From Sedimentisphaerales bacterium (lineage in GTDB: Bacteria; Planctomycetota; Phycisphaerae; Sedimentisphaerales; SM23-30), in NCBI GenBank assembly GCA_963666285.1, contig OY762711.1: a stretch of DNA of 64,000 bases. One strand, given 5' to 3'. Of the stretch, positions 22,193-31,979 are shown one piece after another (position 1 is the first letter of the stretch; every line of letters begins with the position of its first letter). The position numbers and the translations under genes were made by a program. The notes under the pieces are model-generated. The model worked only from the letters and a program-made list of their open reading frames with translations. It ran no database searches and had not been told where the DNA came from.

Positions 22193-22243
22193 TGCCATTT
22201 TGGCAGAAGTCTTTATTGGGACTTTTTTTCTGCCAAATTGACA
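22193..22243. promoter_or_regulatory. paired enhancer-like palindromes upstream of the sigma54 promoter
   Basis: TGCCATTTTGGCA (22193-22205) and TGCCAAATTGACA (22231-22243). Confidence 0.6.
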
Positions 22244-22351
22244 CTTTAATAACTGGCATACGTATGTGACGATTAAACTATATTCTTGAAATTTTTCCTC
22301 TGGACAGTTATTATGCAAGATTAGTTATAACAATGGTTTATACGAGGTTTA

Positions 22352-23566
22352 ATGCATAATATATATAACATTTTTACTGTCTGCATTATTGCCTTCCAGG
22401 CAATAATGATTTATCAAAGTATTCGATCCGCTAGATTTATACTGCGAAAAAGCAAAGAAAATGCCAAGAAAGATAACTTCAAAGCAACTATCATTTGCCC
22501 ATGCAGAGGTATTGACACCACCTTCGAACGCAATATGAATACTCTCTTCAGGCAAAAACATAACAATTACAAAATTATTTTTGTTGTCGAAGATACTTCC
22601 GACCCGGCATACTCTAAACTAAATGAAATTATTCAACTTAATAAAGATCAGGGTTGCAATGTTCCTGCTGAAATCATTATCGCCGGCCTGGCAGAAACTA
22701 ACTCACAAAAAGTACACAACCTGCTTGCCGCGATAGCTAATATTAATAATGATTGTGAAGCTTTTGTCTTTGTTGACTCCGATGCTTTTCTGCCGGAACA
22801 CTTTCTCCGTTTAATCTTAAAGCCGCTTAAAAAAGAAAAAAACATTGTTTCAACCGGATATCGCTGGTTCGTCCCGGAAGACGATAAGCTGAGCAGCCAT
22901 ACACTCAGTGCAGTAAATGCGTTCTTCGCCGGAGCTCTTGGCCAGCATAAATGGAACTGTGCCTGGGGCGGAGCGATGGCAATATTAAAAAAAGATTTCT
23001 ATGACTGTAAAATCGACGAGATATGGCAGGGAGCTCTCTCTGATGATTACTCGCTAACGTGGGCAGTAAAACATTATACCAACCGAAGAATATATTTTAT
23101 GCCGCAGTGTCTACTGCCCAGCTTTGAAAAGACAACATGGACCAATCTGTTCTCGTTCGCTAAACGCCAGCTCGTAATTACTCGCTGCTGTATGAATTAT
23201 CTTTGGTGGATGGTACTTATAGCTTTCAGCCTATACCTCATCTCTTTCTGGGGGGGCTTAGCCGCTGTTATCTTCATGGTATTTAATGGAAACGAACATT
23301 GGTTATCTGCAGCTATTCTTCCAGCAGCAATCTACATTTCCGGTGTAGCCAAGGCTATCGCAAGGCAAACAATGGCAAGCAAGTTGTATCCGGAACTAAA
23401 AAAACGATTTGCTAAAGCAGCCGTACTGGATATCTTTTTCCAACCATTCATCAACAGTTATACTTTTGCCGCTATTATTGCCGCAGGGTTTACCAGAAGC
23501 GTTATCTGGCGCAAAAAGAAATATACCATCATATCGATAGACAAAACAAAGATTGAACTGTATTGA
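22352..23566 (+). CDS. GT2/GT21 glycosyltransferase, ceramide-glucosyltransferase/HpnI-like
   Basis: ICPCRG, KVHNL, FVDSD, WGGAMA, SDDYSL motifs; C-terminal TMs ending in WRKKKY. Confidence 0.8.
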   Translation: MHNIYNIFTVCIIAFQAIMIYQSIRSARFILRKSKENAKKDNFKATIICPCRGIDTTFERNMNTLFRQKHNNYKIIFVVEDTSDPAYSKLNEIIQLNKDQGCNVPAEIIIAGLAETNSQKVHNLLAAIANINNDCEAFVFVDSDAFLPEHFLRLILKPLKKEKNIVSTGYRWFVPEDDKLSSHTLSAVNAFFAGALGQHKWNCAWGGAMAILKKDFYDCKIDEIWQGALSDDYSLTWAVKHYTNRRIYFMPQCLLPSFEKTTWTNLFSFAKRQLVITRCCMNYLWWMVLIAFSLYLISFWGGLAAVIFMVFNGNEHWLSAAILPAAIYISGVAKAIARQTMASKLYPELKKRFAKAAVLDIFFQPFINSYTFAAIIAAGFTRSVIWRKKKYTIISIDKTKIELY

Positions 23567-23594
23567 ATTCTCAAATAAGCAGCTCTAAGCTCAA

Positions 23595-24437
23595 TTAGAA
23601 CAATTGCTGCTTTAATTCATTCTGGACCTGTTTAACTCGTTCTGTTCCCAGTTTAACATAATTTTCTGATATATCAAATGTCAAAAAACGGCGTCCCAGT
23701 CTACATGCAGTCGCAGCTGTTGTTCCGCTGCCGCTAAACGGATCTATCACCATACTGTTCGGATTGCTGGCAACTTTTATAATTCGCTCCAGTAATTTTT
23801 CAGGCATCTGACAGCCATGAAAACCGCGACGCTCCTTAAACGTACCGCATACCCGGGAAAAATGCCAGGTATCCTCATCAGCAGCAAAACCAGCATCATC
23901 AATTTCCTGCGGTCGGAGAATCCAGGTATCATCCGGCACTCTCCCTCGGCTGTCTGCCCGCTTATCATTATAGGTTGTCTGACGGGCCGAAGGTACCCGG
24001 ACTTCCATATCGTTGAAGATAAAATCCTTCTCACTTCTGGTATAGTACAATATATGTGTATGAGAACGAGAAAACTTTTTCTTGGTATTCTGGCCAAAGG
24101 TATAGTACCAGATTATCCAGTTGCGAAAATGCATGCCAAGCTCGCGAAGAATTACTTTAAGCTCTGCTGCATATTCATCTCCTATCGCTATCCACATCGA
24201 TCCCTGCTCGGTTAAAACATCTCGACACGCCGCCATCCAGTCTCGCGACCAATCAAGATAGACATCATACTCCAGCTTGTCATGATATTTATCATACTCA
24301 TAACCTATATTAAAAGGCGGATCGGCAAATACCAGGTCAGCAAACGGCTCGTTGTCATGTGCCAGAAGCTGCTTTTTCAGCTCGCTTACACAATCTCCTA
24401 ATATTATTTTATTTTCCAGTGTTTTTGATCTGCTCAT
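23595..24437 (-). CDS. orphan site-specific DNA methyltransferase (N4/N6, beta class)
   Basis: DPPFN catalytic motif precedes the DPFSGSGT SAM motif; no endonuclease next to it. Confidence 0.9.
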   Translation of the reverse strand: MSRSKTLENKIILGDCVSELKKQLLAHDNEPFADLVFADPPFNIGYEYDKYHDKLEYDVYLDWSRDWMAACRDVLTEQGSMWIAIGDEYAAELKVILRELGMHFRNWIIWYYTFGQNTKKKFSRSHTHILYYTRSEKDFIFNDMEVRVPSARQTTYNDKRADSRGRVPDDTWILRPQEIDDAGFAADEDTWHFSRVCGTFKERRGFHGCQMPEKLLERIIKVASNPNSMVIDPFSGSGTTAATACRLGRRFLTFDISENYVKLGTERVKQVQNELKQQLF

Positions 24438-24673
24438 AGTGCTATATAGTATAAGGATTTATGATAAGTTGACAACTTTTAAACTCACACGAATCACTCA
24501 ACTTTCAGCAAATGTGAAGCTTTTTCCCAAATCATTAAAAAACAGGTGCTTATATGCTATTTGACTATAAATCGCTGTTCTGATATAATTTTGGATTCTT
24601 TCCATTTTATGCTGAAATGTTCAGCTGTAATAATAGAAAAACAGAAACCAAATTAAACCATACGGAAAATAAA

Positions 24674-26683
24674 ATGAAAATTTCCCTGAACTGGCTAAAA
24701 GATTATGTTGATTATAACGGCACCATCCCTGAGCTGGAAGATATTTTTATGAAGGCCGGACTGCCGGTTGAAGAAGTTGAACAGGTGGGTGACGATTGGA
24801 TGCTTGATGTCGAAGTTACCAGTAACCGCAATGACTGCCTCGGCCATATCGGGTTGGCACGTGAAGTGGCTGCCGCTACCGGCGCTGCGCTCAAAATGCC
24901 GGAAGTGTCTTTCGCTGAAAGCAACCGAAACGTTAATGATATTGCATCTGTTGAAAACCTGGCTTTTAACGACTGTAAACGTTATACCGCAAGACTAATC
25001 GAAAATGTCAAGATCGCTCCAAGTCCAGACTGGATGCAGAAAAGACTTGAAACTGTAGGTGTGCGATCTATTAATAATGCCGTCGATATCACAAATTATG
25101 TTATGCTGGAGATCGGCCAGCCGCTTCATGCGTTTGATTTCAAAAAAGTCGGAGGGCGTACTATTATCATCCGTCATTCCAACGATGAAGAAATGCAAAT
25201 GATCGACCATAGCACTCATAAATTTGACAAACAGTCATTATTTATTTGTGATGGCAATAGCCCGGTTGCCCTTGCCGGTATTATGGGCGGCTGTGAAAGT
25301 GAAGTAAGCGATCAGACCACAGACATACTACTGGAAAGCGCCTGGTTTAATCCTCTTTCTGTCCGCCGTACTGCCAGAAAATACTCACTTGGCAGTGACT
25401 CATCATATAGATTTGAACGTAACGTTGACATATGGATGACTGAATGGTCCTCTCGCCGGGCGATTGCTCTTATGCAGCAGTTGTGCGGTGGCGAAGTAGC
25501 CTCTGGCATTATCGACTGCTGGGAAAAAGACGGACAAGACTCTGCTACTGTTACTATGCGTATAAGTAGATTAAATATGCTTACCGGCATTGAATTTGAA
25601 CCGCAGCGGCCTATTGAAATCCTGTCACAACTCGGCTATTCCCCGGAATTCGATAATCATGACACCGTTACATGCCATATTCCAAGCTGGAGACTTAATG
25701 ATGTAACCCGTGAAGCCGACCTTATTGAGGAAGTTATTCGTGTTCATGGTTTCGATAATATCCCAACCGATGAAAAGATACATATTAAAGTCAAAAATCC
25801 TGATGCATACCAGCAGATTCGCCAACAGGTATTCTCTGCCTTAAATGGTGTTGGTTTTTATGAAGCTGTTAATGTTAGCTTCATTGATGATGCTCAATGG
25901 AAACTGTTTAATCCTGGCGGTGAGCCGATTGCCGTGCAAAACAATACACGTCGTGCAAACAACACTTTGCGTCCAAGTTTGCTGCCATCACTCTTGACTG
26001 TTTGTAAAACTAATCAGGACGCAGGCAACGACCGGTGTAATATTTTTGAACTTGCCAAGGTTTTCAAATCGCAAAAAGGTACCAAGCAGGAATCAACAAA
26101 ACTTGCTATCTTAACAATAGATGATTTCCGAAAGCTGCGAGGCGCTATCGAACATGCTGTCAAAGCTATTGATAAAAGAGCTCAACTTGTATGTAGCCCT
26201 GCCAAAATCGGCTGGGCCCGTGATGATGCTGCTGCCGAACTTCTTGTCGGCAATAAAATCATCGGTTATGCCGGACTGGCAAACGATAAAATAAAAGGCG
26301 CTTTCAGTCTGGAACACACTCCTTCAATGGCTGAATTAGATTTCGATGCAATTATGGAATTAGCAGGAAAAGTTCCAACTTGCCTGCCGATTTTCAGATT
26401 CCCGGCAATTATCAGAGATCTTTCCCTGGTGCTTGACGAAGCAGTTACCTGGGCCGAGATTGAATCTACTGTCCGTTCCGCTAAAATCGAAGAAATGCGG
26501 GCTGTTAAGTTTATCGATATTTATCGCGGCAAAGGTGTTGAAAAAGGGAAAAAATCCCTGACACTTTCTATTACCTTCCGCAAGGCAGATGGAACCCTTA
26601 CTCATGATGAAGCCGAAAAGTTCCAGGACAATATTCTGTCTCTACTAAAAAATAAATTCAACGCTGAGTTGAGAACTTTATAA
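24674..26683 (+). CDS. pheT: phenylalanine-tRNA ligase beta subunit (short form)
   Basis: MKISLNWL start at 24674; VDITNYVMLEIGQPLHAFD, DLIEEVIRVHG, C-terminal FDX-ACB (RDLSLV, DIYRG, KKSLT). Confidence 0.95.
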   Translation: MKISLNWLKDYVDYNGTIPELEDIFMKAGLPVEEVEQVGDDWMLDVEVTSNRNDCLGHIGLAREVAAATGAALKMPEVSFAESNRNVNDIASVENLAFNDCKRYTARLIENVKIAPSPDWMQKRLETVGVRSINNAVDITNYVMLEIGQPLHAFDFKKVGGRTIIIRHSNDEEMQMIDHSTHKFDKQSLFICDGNSPVALAGIMGGCESEVSDQTTDILLESAWFNPLSVRRTARKYSLGSDSSYRFERNVDIWMTEWSSRRAIALMQQLCGGEVASGIIDCWEKDGQDSATVTMRISRLNMLTGIEFEPQRPIEILSQLGYSPEFDNHDTVTCHIPSWRLNDVTREADLIEEVIRVHGFDNIPTDEKIHIKVKNPDAYQQIRQQVFSALNGVGFYEAVNVSFIDDAQWKLFNPGGEPIAVQNNTRRANNTLRPSLLPSLLTVCKTNQDAGNDRCNIFELAKVFKSQKGTKQESTKLAILTIDDFRKLRGAIEHAVKAIDKRAQLVCSPAKIGWARDDAAAELLVGNKIIGYAGLANDKIKGAFSLEHTPSMAELDFDAIMELAGKVPTCLPIFRFPAIIRDLSLVLDEAVTWAEIESTVRSAKIEEMRAVKFIDIYRGKGVEKGKKSLTLSITFRKADGTLTHDEAEKFQDNILSLLKNKFNAELRTL

Positions 26684-26704
26684 TCTCGTCTGTATGATAT
26701 TTAT

Positions 26705-26738
26705 AAACCGGCCCTATTCCCCCTGGGTCGGTTTTTTT
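26705..26738 (+). terminator. pheT terminator
   Basis: AAACCGGCCC...GGGTCGGTTT followed by a T run. Confidence 0.7.
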
Positions 26739-26872
26739 GTGTGCATTATAAAAGCCCGTAGGACATTATATCCAGCGGGCTTCTAATAATGAATCTCCTT
26801 TTGAATTCCTTAAGCGGTATTCAAGGCATACAAGACTATATAAAATCTGCTCCTTATTATGATAAGAGCAAA

Positions 26873-28168
26873 TTAATTAAATTCGCCAAAATCTTCATTG
26901 AAAGGTATAGCTTCTTCTGCTTTGGCTGATGCAGGTACATATGTAAAATTGGCAGGCTCTTTTGATTTGAAACTTTCATTTGCTATATCATGAAAAGCCT
27001 GATCTCCTGCTTTCAGTTGATTTTTATTATTACCTTTATCTTGCTGTGTCTTTATTCCAAAGTTGGAGTTGCTGACATCCTGACCAACCAGCATATTCAG
27101 CTCATTTGCTACCGCCTTTAGTCCGGTTGCCTGTTCTGCCAAACTTCGGTTTGCGTTTGCGCTTTCATCAGCGTTTGCCGCCGATGTCTGTGTAACCTGG
27201 TCGATCTGTGCCAAACCGGTATTAATCTGCTCAATCCCTTTTGCCTGCTCTGCACTTGCTGTTGATATCTCATCTACAAGTCCCGCAACCTTGCTAATGG
27301 TATCGTTTATTGTTTCCAGGCTCTTACCTACTTCTTCTGTTATTGAAACTCCATTGTTAGCATTCTTTACTGACTCTTCGATCATAGCGGATGTGTTTTT
27401 TGCAGCTTCCGCTGATCTCATAGCCAGGTTCCTAACCTCTTCTGCTACCACAGCAAAACCTTTACCTGCTTCTCCCGCTCGAGCAGCTTCTACAGCGGCA
27501 TTTAACGCCAACAGATTTGTCTGAAATGCTATCTCATCAATAACTTTAATTATTTTACTGGTCTCTTCCGACGAATGCTGGATATCGTTTATAGCTTCAC
27601 GCATACGAGCCATCGATTCTGCTCCTTCACTGGCTGCCCTGTTTGCTTCCGCTGCAAGCCTGTTTGCTTCTGCTGCATTATCCGCATTCATTTTAGTCAT
27701 TGAAGACATCTCCTCCATGCTGGATGAAGTTTCCTCAAGACCGGCAGCCTGTTCAATAGCACCACGCGCCATATTCTGAGATGATATGGCAGTATGATTT
27801 GCTTCAGTTACAACAGTTGATGAACCCGTTGTTAGTTTCGACGCAATTGTTCTCAATGAATTATTAATTGATCGTACTATTACTATTGTTGAGGCGATAC
27901 CTAATACCGTAAGGACAATTGTTATTCCGGGTATAACTGATTTTGCATTATTATATGCTTTCTGATATTCATCAAAAGACTGGTTCATGATTTCAGAAGG
28001 CGGCTGTGACTGAACCTCTGTTAAACTTGCTGATTGAAAATTGATGTCAGTTACAGTTGAATTGATATTATCCAAAGATATATATGAAGTAATACCTAAT
28101 GCTAACGCCAATATGATCTGAATTGAAAAACCGATAGTTACTTTTTTACCGATCGTAACTTTATTCAT
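26873..28168 (-). CDS. methyl-accepting chemotaxis protein
   Basis: Two TMs; [34 protein letters not shown] signalling hairpin. Confidence 0.95.
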   Translation of the reverse strand: MNKVTIGKKVTIGFSIQIILALALGITSYISLDNINSTVTDINFQSASLTEVQSQPPSEIMNQSFDEYQKAYNNAKSVIPGITIVLTVLGIASTIVIVRSINNSLRTIASKLTTGSSTVVTEANHTAISSQNMARGAIEQAAGLEETSSSMEEMSSMTKMNADNAAEANRLAAEANRAASEGAESMARMREAINDIQHSSEETSKIIKVIDEIAFQTNLLALNAAVEAARAGEAGKGFAVVAEEVRNLAMRSAEAAKNTSAMIEESVKNANNGVSITEEVGKSLETINDTISKVAGLVDEISTASAEQAKGIEQINTGLAQIDQVTQTSAANADESANANRSLAEQATGLKAVANELNMLVGQDVSNSNFGIKTQQDKGNNKNQLKAGDQAFHDIANESFKSKEPANFTYVPASAKAEEAIPFNEDFGEFN

Positions 28169-28218
28169 CTTTACCTCTCTCTTATGTGAAATTGATTACA
28201 ACAACTTATGTAAGTATA

Positions 28219-28245
28219 TTGTCGGCAAAAATAAACCTTACTTAA
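28219..28245 (-). promoter_or_regulatory. candidate sigma28 promoter for the MCP
   Basis: Minus strand TTAA-N15-GCCGACAA versus consensus TAAA-N15-GCCGATAA. Confidence 0.45.
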
Positions 28246-28386
28246 TTTAATCTAACATAATTTGGTCTATTTTTTCCTGCAATCAATTGTAAACACAAGA
28301 GATAAGATATTATTATATTTCTAACCAAGATAAATATTTATTCACTTATTCAGGTTATTGGACTAAGGTAAAAAAATAATTGCTCG

Positions 28387-29367
28387 TTACAGTTTTTCCA
28401 CAATATCTGCTGTATGATACGAAATGATCAGTCCGGCACCGGCACGCTTAAAACCCAGCAGGATTTCTCTAACAATCGCCTCTTCTTCCAGCCAGCCATT
28501 TGCAGCTGCCGCCTTGACCATAGCATACTCGCCTGAAACATTATATACCGCTATAGGAATATTAAACGTGCTTTTGATTTGAGCAATCACATCCATATAA
28601 GCCAAACCGGGTTTGACCATAACAATGTCAGCTCCTTCTTCAATATCAAGCTCGACTTCACGCAATGCTTCTTCAACATTTGCCGTGTCCATCTGATGAC
28701 TACGCCTATCTCCAAAACTGGGACTGCCTTGAGCCGCATCACGAAATGGACCGTAAAATGATGAGGCATATTTTGCTGAATATGACATGATTGGTACCCC
28801 GCCATGGCCGGAACTATCCAATGCCGAACGGATCGAAGCGACCTGCCCGTCTATCATACCAGAGGGTGCTACCATATCTGCACCGGCATCAGCATGAGTC
28901 TTAACCTGAACCGCCAGATTTTCACAGGTCAAAGAATGCTCAAGGATCATTTTATCACCCCTGGCAACCATAACTCCACAATGGCCATGATCGGTATATT
29001 CACAAAAACAAACATCTGTTATTATATACATCTCCGGAACTGCTTTTTTTAGCGCCTCAACTGCTCGCTGGATTATACCTGTCGAACTCATAGCATCACT
29101 TCCGATCGCATCTTTTTGTTCCGGTATACCAAACAAGATAATAGATTTTACCCCTTTATTATATATATCCTTTACATAATCACAGGCCTTGTCTATCGAA
29201 AATTGATACTGACCGGGCATTGATGATATCTCTTTACAAAGATTGTCACCATAATGGACAAACACTGGTTGGATTAAATCATATGCATTTAATGAGTTTT
29301 CACTCATCATGGATCGAATTGTTGCGCATGAACGAAGTCTGCTAAGCCTGGTTTGAGGGTGTCGCAT
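28387..29367 (-). CDS. hemB: porphobilinogen synthase
   Basis: DVCFCEYTDHGHCG, SAKYASSFYGPFRDA, VMVKP, YNVSGEY; start reassigned to MRHPQTRL so it does not overlap the upstream gene. Confidence 0.95.
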   Translation of the reverse strand: MRHPQTRLSRLRSCATIRSMMSENSLNAYDLIQPVFVHYGDNLCKEISSMPGQYQFSIDKACDYVKDIYNKGVKSIILFGIPEQKDAIGSDAMSSTGIIQRAVEALKKAVPEMYIITDVCFCEYTDHGHCGVMVARGDKMILEHSLTCENLAVQVKTHADAGADMVAPSGMIDGQVASIRSALDSSGHGGVPIMSYSAKYASSFYGPFRDAAQGSPSFGDRRSHQMDTANVEEALREVELDIEEGADIVMVKPGLAYMDVIAQIKSTFNIPIAVYNVSGEYAMVKAAAANGWLEEEAIVREILLGFKRAGAGLIISYHTADIVEKL

Positions 29368-29381
29368 TTTTGCTCTCTTTT

Positions 29382-29939
29382 TTATTTTATCAGCTTCTGG
29401 ATTGACTTGAACTGAGGATGTTTGCTGCCGACTGTCATCTCCAGTATTACTGTTTCTGTTGTTGTTACTATTGCCCCGGATTCCGCCATCCGGCTCAATG
29501 CATATTTGCAATCGAAATTATTTCGGGAACTTACTGCGTCTGCCAGGACAAAGACATCTCTACCCAACTCCAATAAATCAAGGACTGTCTGCAAAACACA
29601 CACATGAGCTTCGATACCCGCAACTATTATCTGGCTGCGTCCCTGTTTTAGTATTTCCTCTTTACATTTTTCTTCTGCCATACAACTAAATGTTGTTTTA
29701 TCTGGATAAAGCTGGTTCTTATCTAATTCCTTTTGAAGTTCGGAAACGGTTCTGCCAAGGCCTTTGGGATATTGCTCAGATACTGTTATCGGCACTTCCA
29801 ATAATTGTGCCGCCTTTACCATGGTGACACATTGTCTGATAACTCGTTTACTTCTCTTTATCGGCGAGACAAAAGCTTCCTGTACATCTATAATGAGCAG
29901 CATAGCCCTTTGCGGGTTAAGCTTCAGTAAATTCTGCAT
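29382..29939 (-). CDS. isochorismatase-family hydrolase
   Basis: IIDVQE, EQYPKGLG, KTTFSC, GIEAHVCVLQT. Confidence 0.92.
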   Translation of the reverse strand: MQNLLKLNPQRAMLLIIDVQEAFVSPIKRSKRVIRQCVTMVKAAQLLEVPITVSEQYPKGLGRTVSELQKELDKNQLYPDKTTFSCMAEEKCKEEILKQGRSQIIVAGIEAHVCVLQTVLDLLELGRDVFVLADAVSSRNNFDCKYALSRMAESGAIVTTTETVILEMTVGSKHPQFKSIQKLIK

Positions 29940-30433
29940 AGCTTTTTCCTTTCATAGATAATAGCATATTATATGATAAAAATATTGTACCGCCCAGGTT
30001 ATCTTTTAGTCAAGCATTATAGACTACATATTTTTAGCCTTTAACTGAAGAAGGGAAAAAGCTCTTTTTTCCACTAAACACGTAAGGTCACTTATAATTT
30101 GCACTCCGATTGTTTCAGTGATATAATACAATCGAACAGGACAACTGGAGCTCACCCCAAAACCAACCCATATAAGATTTGTAGAATTTTTCTTAGCCGA
30201 ACAAAAATTTATCATAAATCTAAACAAAATAAACATTTAGATTGTTATTGTCTAAGCAGTATGATGAGTGGGGCCAAGCTTGAAAAACGCCTTAATAAGA
30301 CAGAATTTGTAATTGAAATTTTAATATTTTTTTGCTTTTTCACTTATAAAACATATTATGGTCTTAACAGATAATATTGAACATTAAATATGCACCACCT
30401 TTTCAAAGGTGTTTGAAAGCAACAACAGATATC

Positions 30434-31507
30434 ATGGAACATAAAAATAGAGATTTTATTGTGGGTGCTTTTGCCCTTATCGCAGTCGCCTGCTTTGGCT
30501 GGCTGGTTTTCATGTTTGGCGACCTGCCGGGATTCGTCAGCAAAATGGATGCCGATATTATTACTATATATTTCCCGGAAGTGCCCGGCATACAGGAAAG
30601 CTCTGCCGTCTTATTCAAAGGGTATCCGGTTGGTAAAGTTATTGATATCTCCCCACCTGTGGTAATGGAAAACAAAACCAATCCTGACCAAAAAATGTTC
30701 TCAAAAGTCGATGTTACAATTTCTAAAGAAATATTTATCCCTGAAAATATTAAACCAAAAATATTCCAGCGAGGGTTGGGGTCCAGCTATATTGAGCTTA
30801 CCCTGCCAAACGAACCGTCTGTTAATGGCTTAAAAAACGGCGATATCTTTAGCGGAGAACTCTCCCAGGGATCTGAGTTCATTTCGGAAGCTACCCAGAT
30901 TAAATTAGATAGTCTTATCGGTTCTCTTTCAAATTTGACCCAGAGCTTGCAAAGCCAGCTTACAACTACAACCCCTGAGATTGTTGATAACATTGACAAC
31001 GACGCCAACGCAAACCTTACCACTGCAATTATGAGGCTTGATACAACTCTTAAAAGCATAAATGATATTGTCGGCAATCAGCAGAATCAGCGTAATATTA
31101 TTAATATATTAGAAGATTTAGCCGAGGCCAGCTCCGAAGCCAAACTGCTGGTTAATTCTTCCAATGAATATATGAAACAAACCAGCGAAAACATTAATAA
31201 CCTCGTAGATTCAGCCGGCAAAACCGTCAATAATATTGATACCCGTACCAGGCTGTTGACTGATACTTTCAATGAAACCGCTCTAAAAGCTCAGACGGTT
31301 GAAGATGAATTGGTATTAACTATTAAATCATTAAGAATGGTCATTGAGCAGGCAACCGATGGCGAAGGCTCTATTGACAGCCTGCTCAACGATCCGAGTT
31401 TATATGAATCGTTAACCGATACTGCCAGGAAACTTACTATCACTTTAGAAGAGATGCGATCACTTCTGGAAATATGGCAGGAAAACGGCGTAAAAATGAA
31501 ACTCTAA
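30434..31507 (+). CDS. MlaD/MCE family protein
   Basis: N-terminal TM, MCE motif (GIQESSAVLFKGYPVGKV, GLGSSYIEL), helical tail with GSIDSLLNDPSLYE. Confidence 0.85.
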   Translation: MEHKNRDFIVGAFALIAVACFGWLVFMFGDLPGFVSKMDADIITIYFPEVPGIQESSAVLFKGYPVGKVIDISPPVVMENKTNPDQKMFSKVDVTISKEIFIPENIKPKIFQRGLGSSYIELTLPNEPSVNGLKNGDIFSGELSQGSEFISEATQIKLDSLIGSLSNLTQSLQSQLTTTTPEIVDNIDNDANANLTTAIMRLDTTLKSINDIVGNQQNQRNIINILEDLAEASSEAKLLVNSSNEYMKQTSENINNLVDSAGKTVNNIDTRTRLLTDTFNETALKAQTVEDELVLTIKSLRMVIEQATDGEGSIDSLLNDPSLYESLTDTARKLTITLEEMRSLLEIWQENGVKMKL

Positions 31508-31979
31508 TACAAGCGATTGAAACTAAGCTATAGATTTTAAATAATTTGAGCCAAATGGATCAACTGCAAGTCAGGTCCTATAAGTTTCCTTGGTACACCA
31601 TAAAAGAGTAGATTTCTTATAAGTTTAATTTTCTTTCCTTATTTGATCAATGTTTTAACCTCGGTTTACTTATCAGACCTTAACTAGCCTATTTCTTTTG
31701 TTTATGTATTTACCTGTTTAGCTAGCCCTGTCTTTAACATATCCCTTACATGCCAACCAATGGTTTTGCAGCCGCAATACCAACACACAGCTGGTTTCAA
31801 AACGCAGTACTAAAAATATTTTTAAATTTAACTAATAAAGTAGCATTTACAATAGTACGATTAGTAAAAAGAGAATTATTATATTAATAAATATATTACT
31901 ATATTAACTTTTTCTCGACCAATAGAGGTATGGTAATATCTGGCTGCGTTATGCCAAGGTTAAATTAAAGGTATTTATT

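Noticed and set aside
29368..29511. 48-aa N-terminal extension of HemB in the ORF track
   Set aside because: Overlaps the isochorismatase gene in another frame; the real start is 29367.
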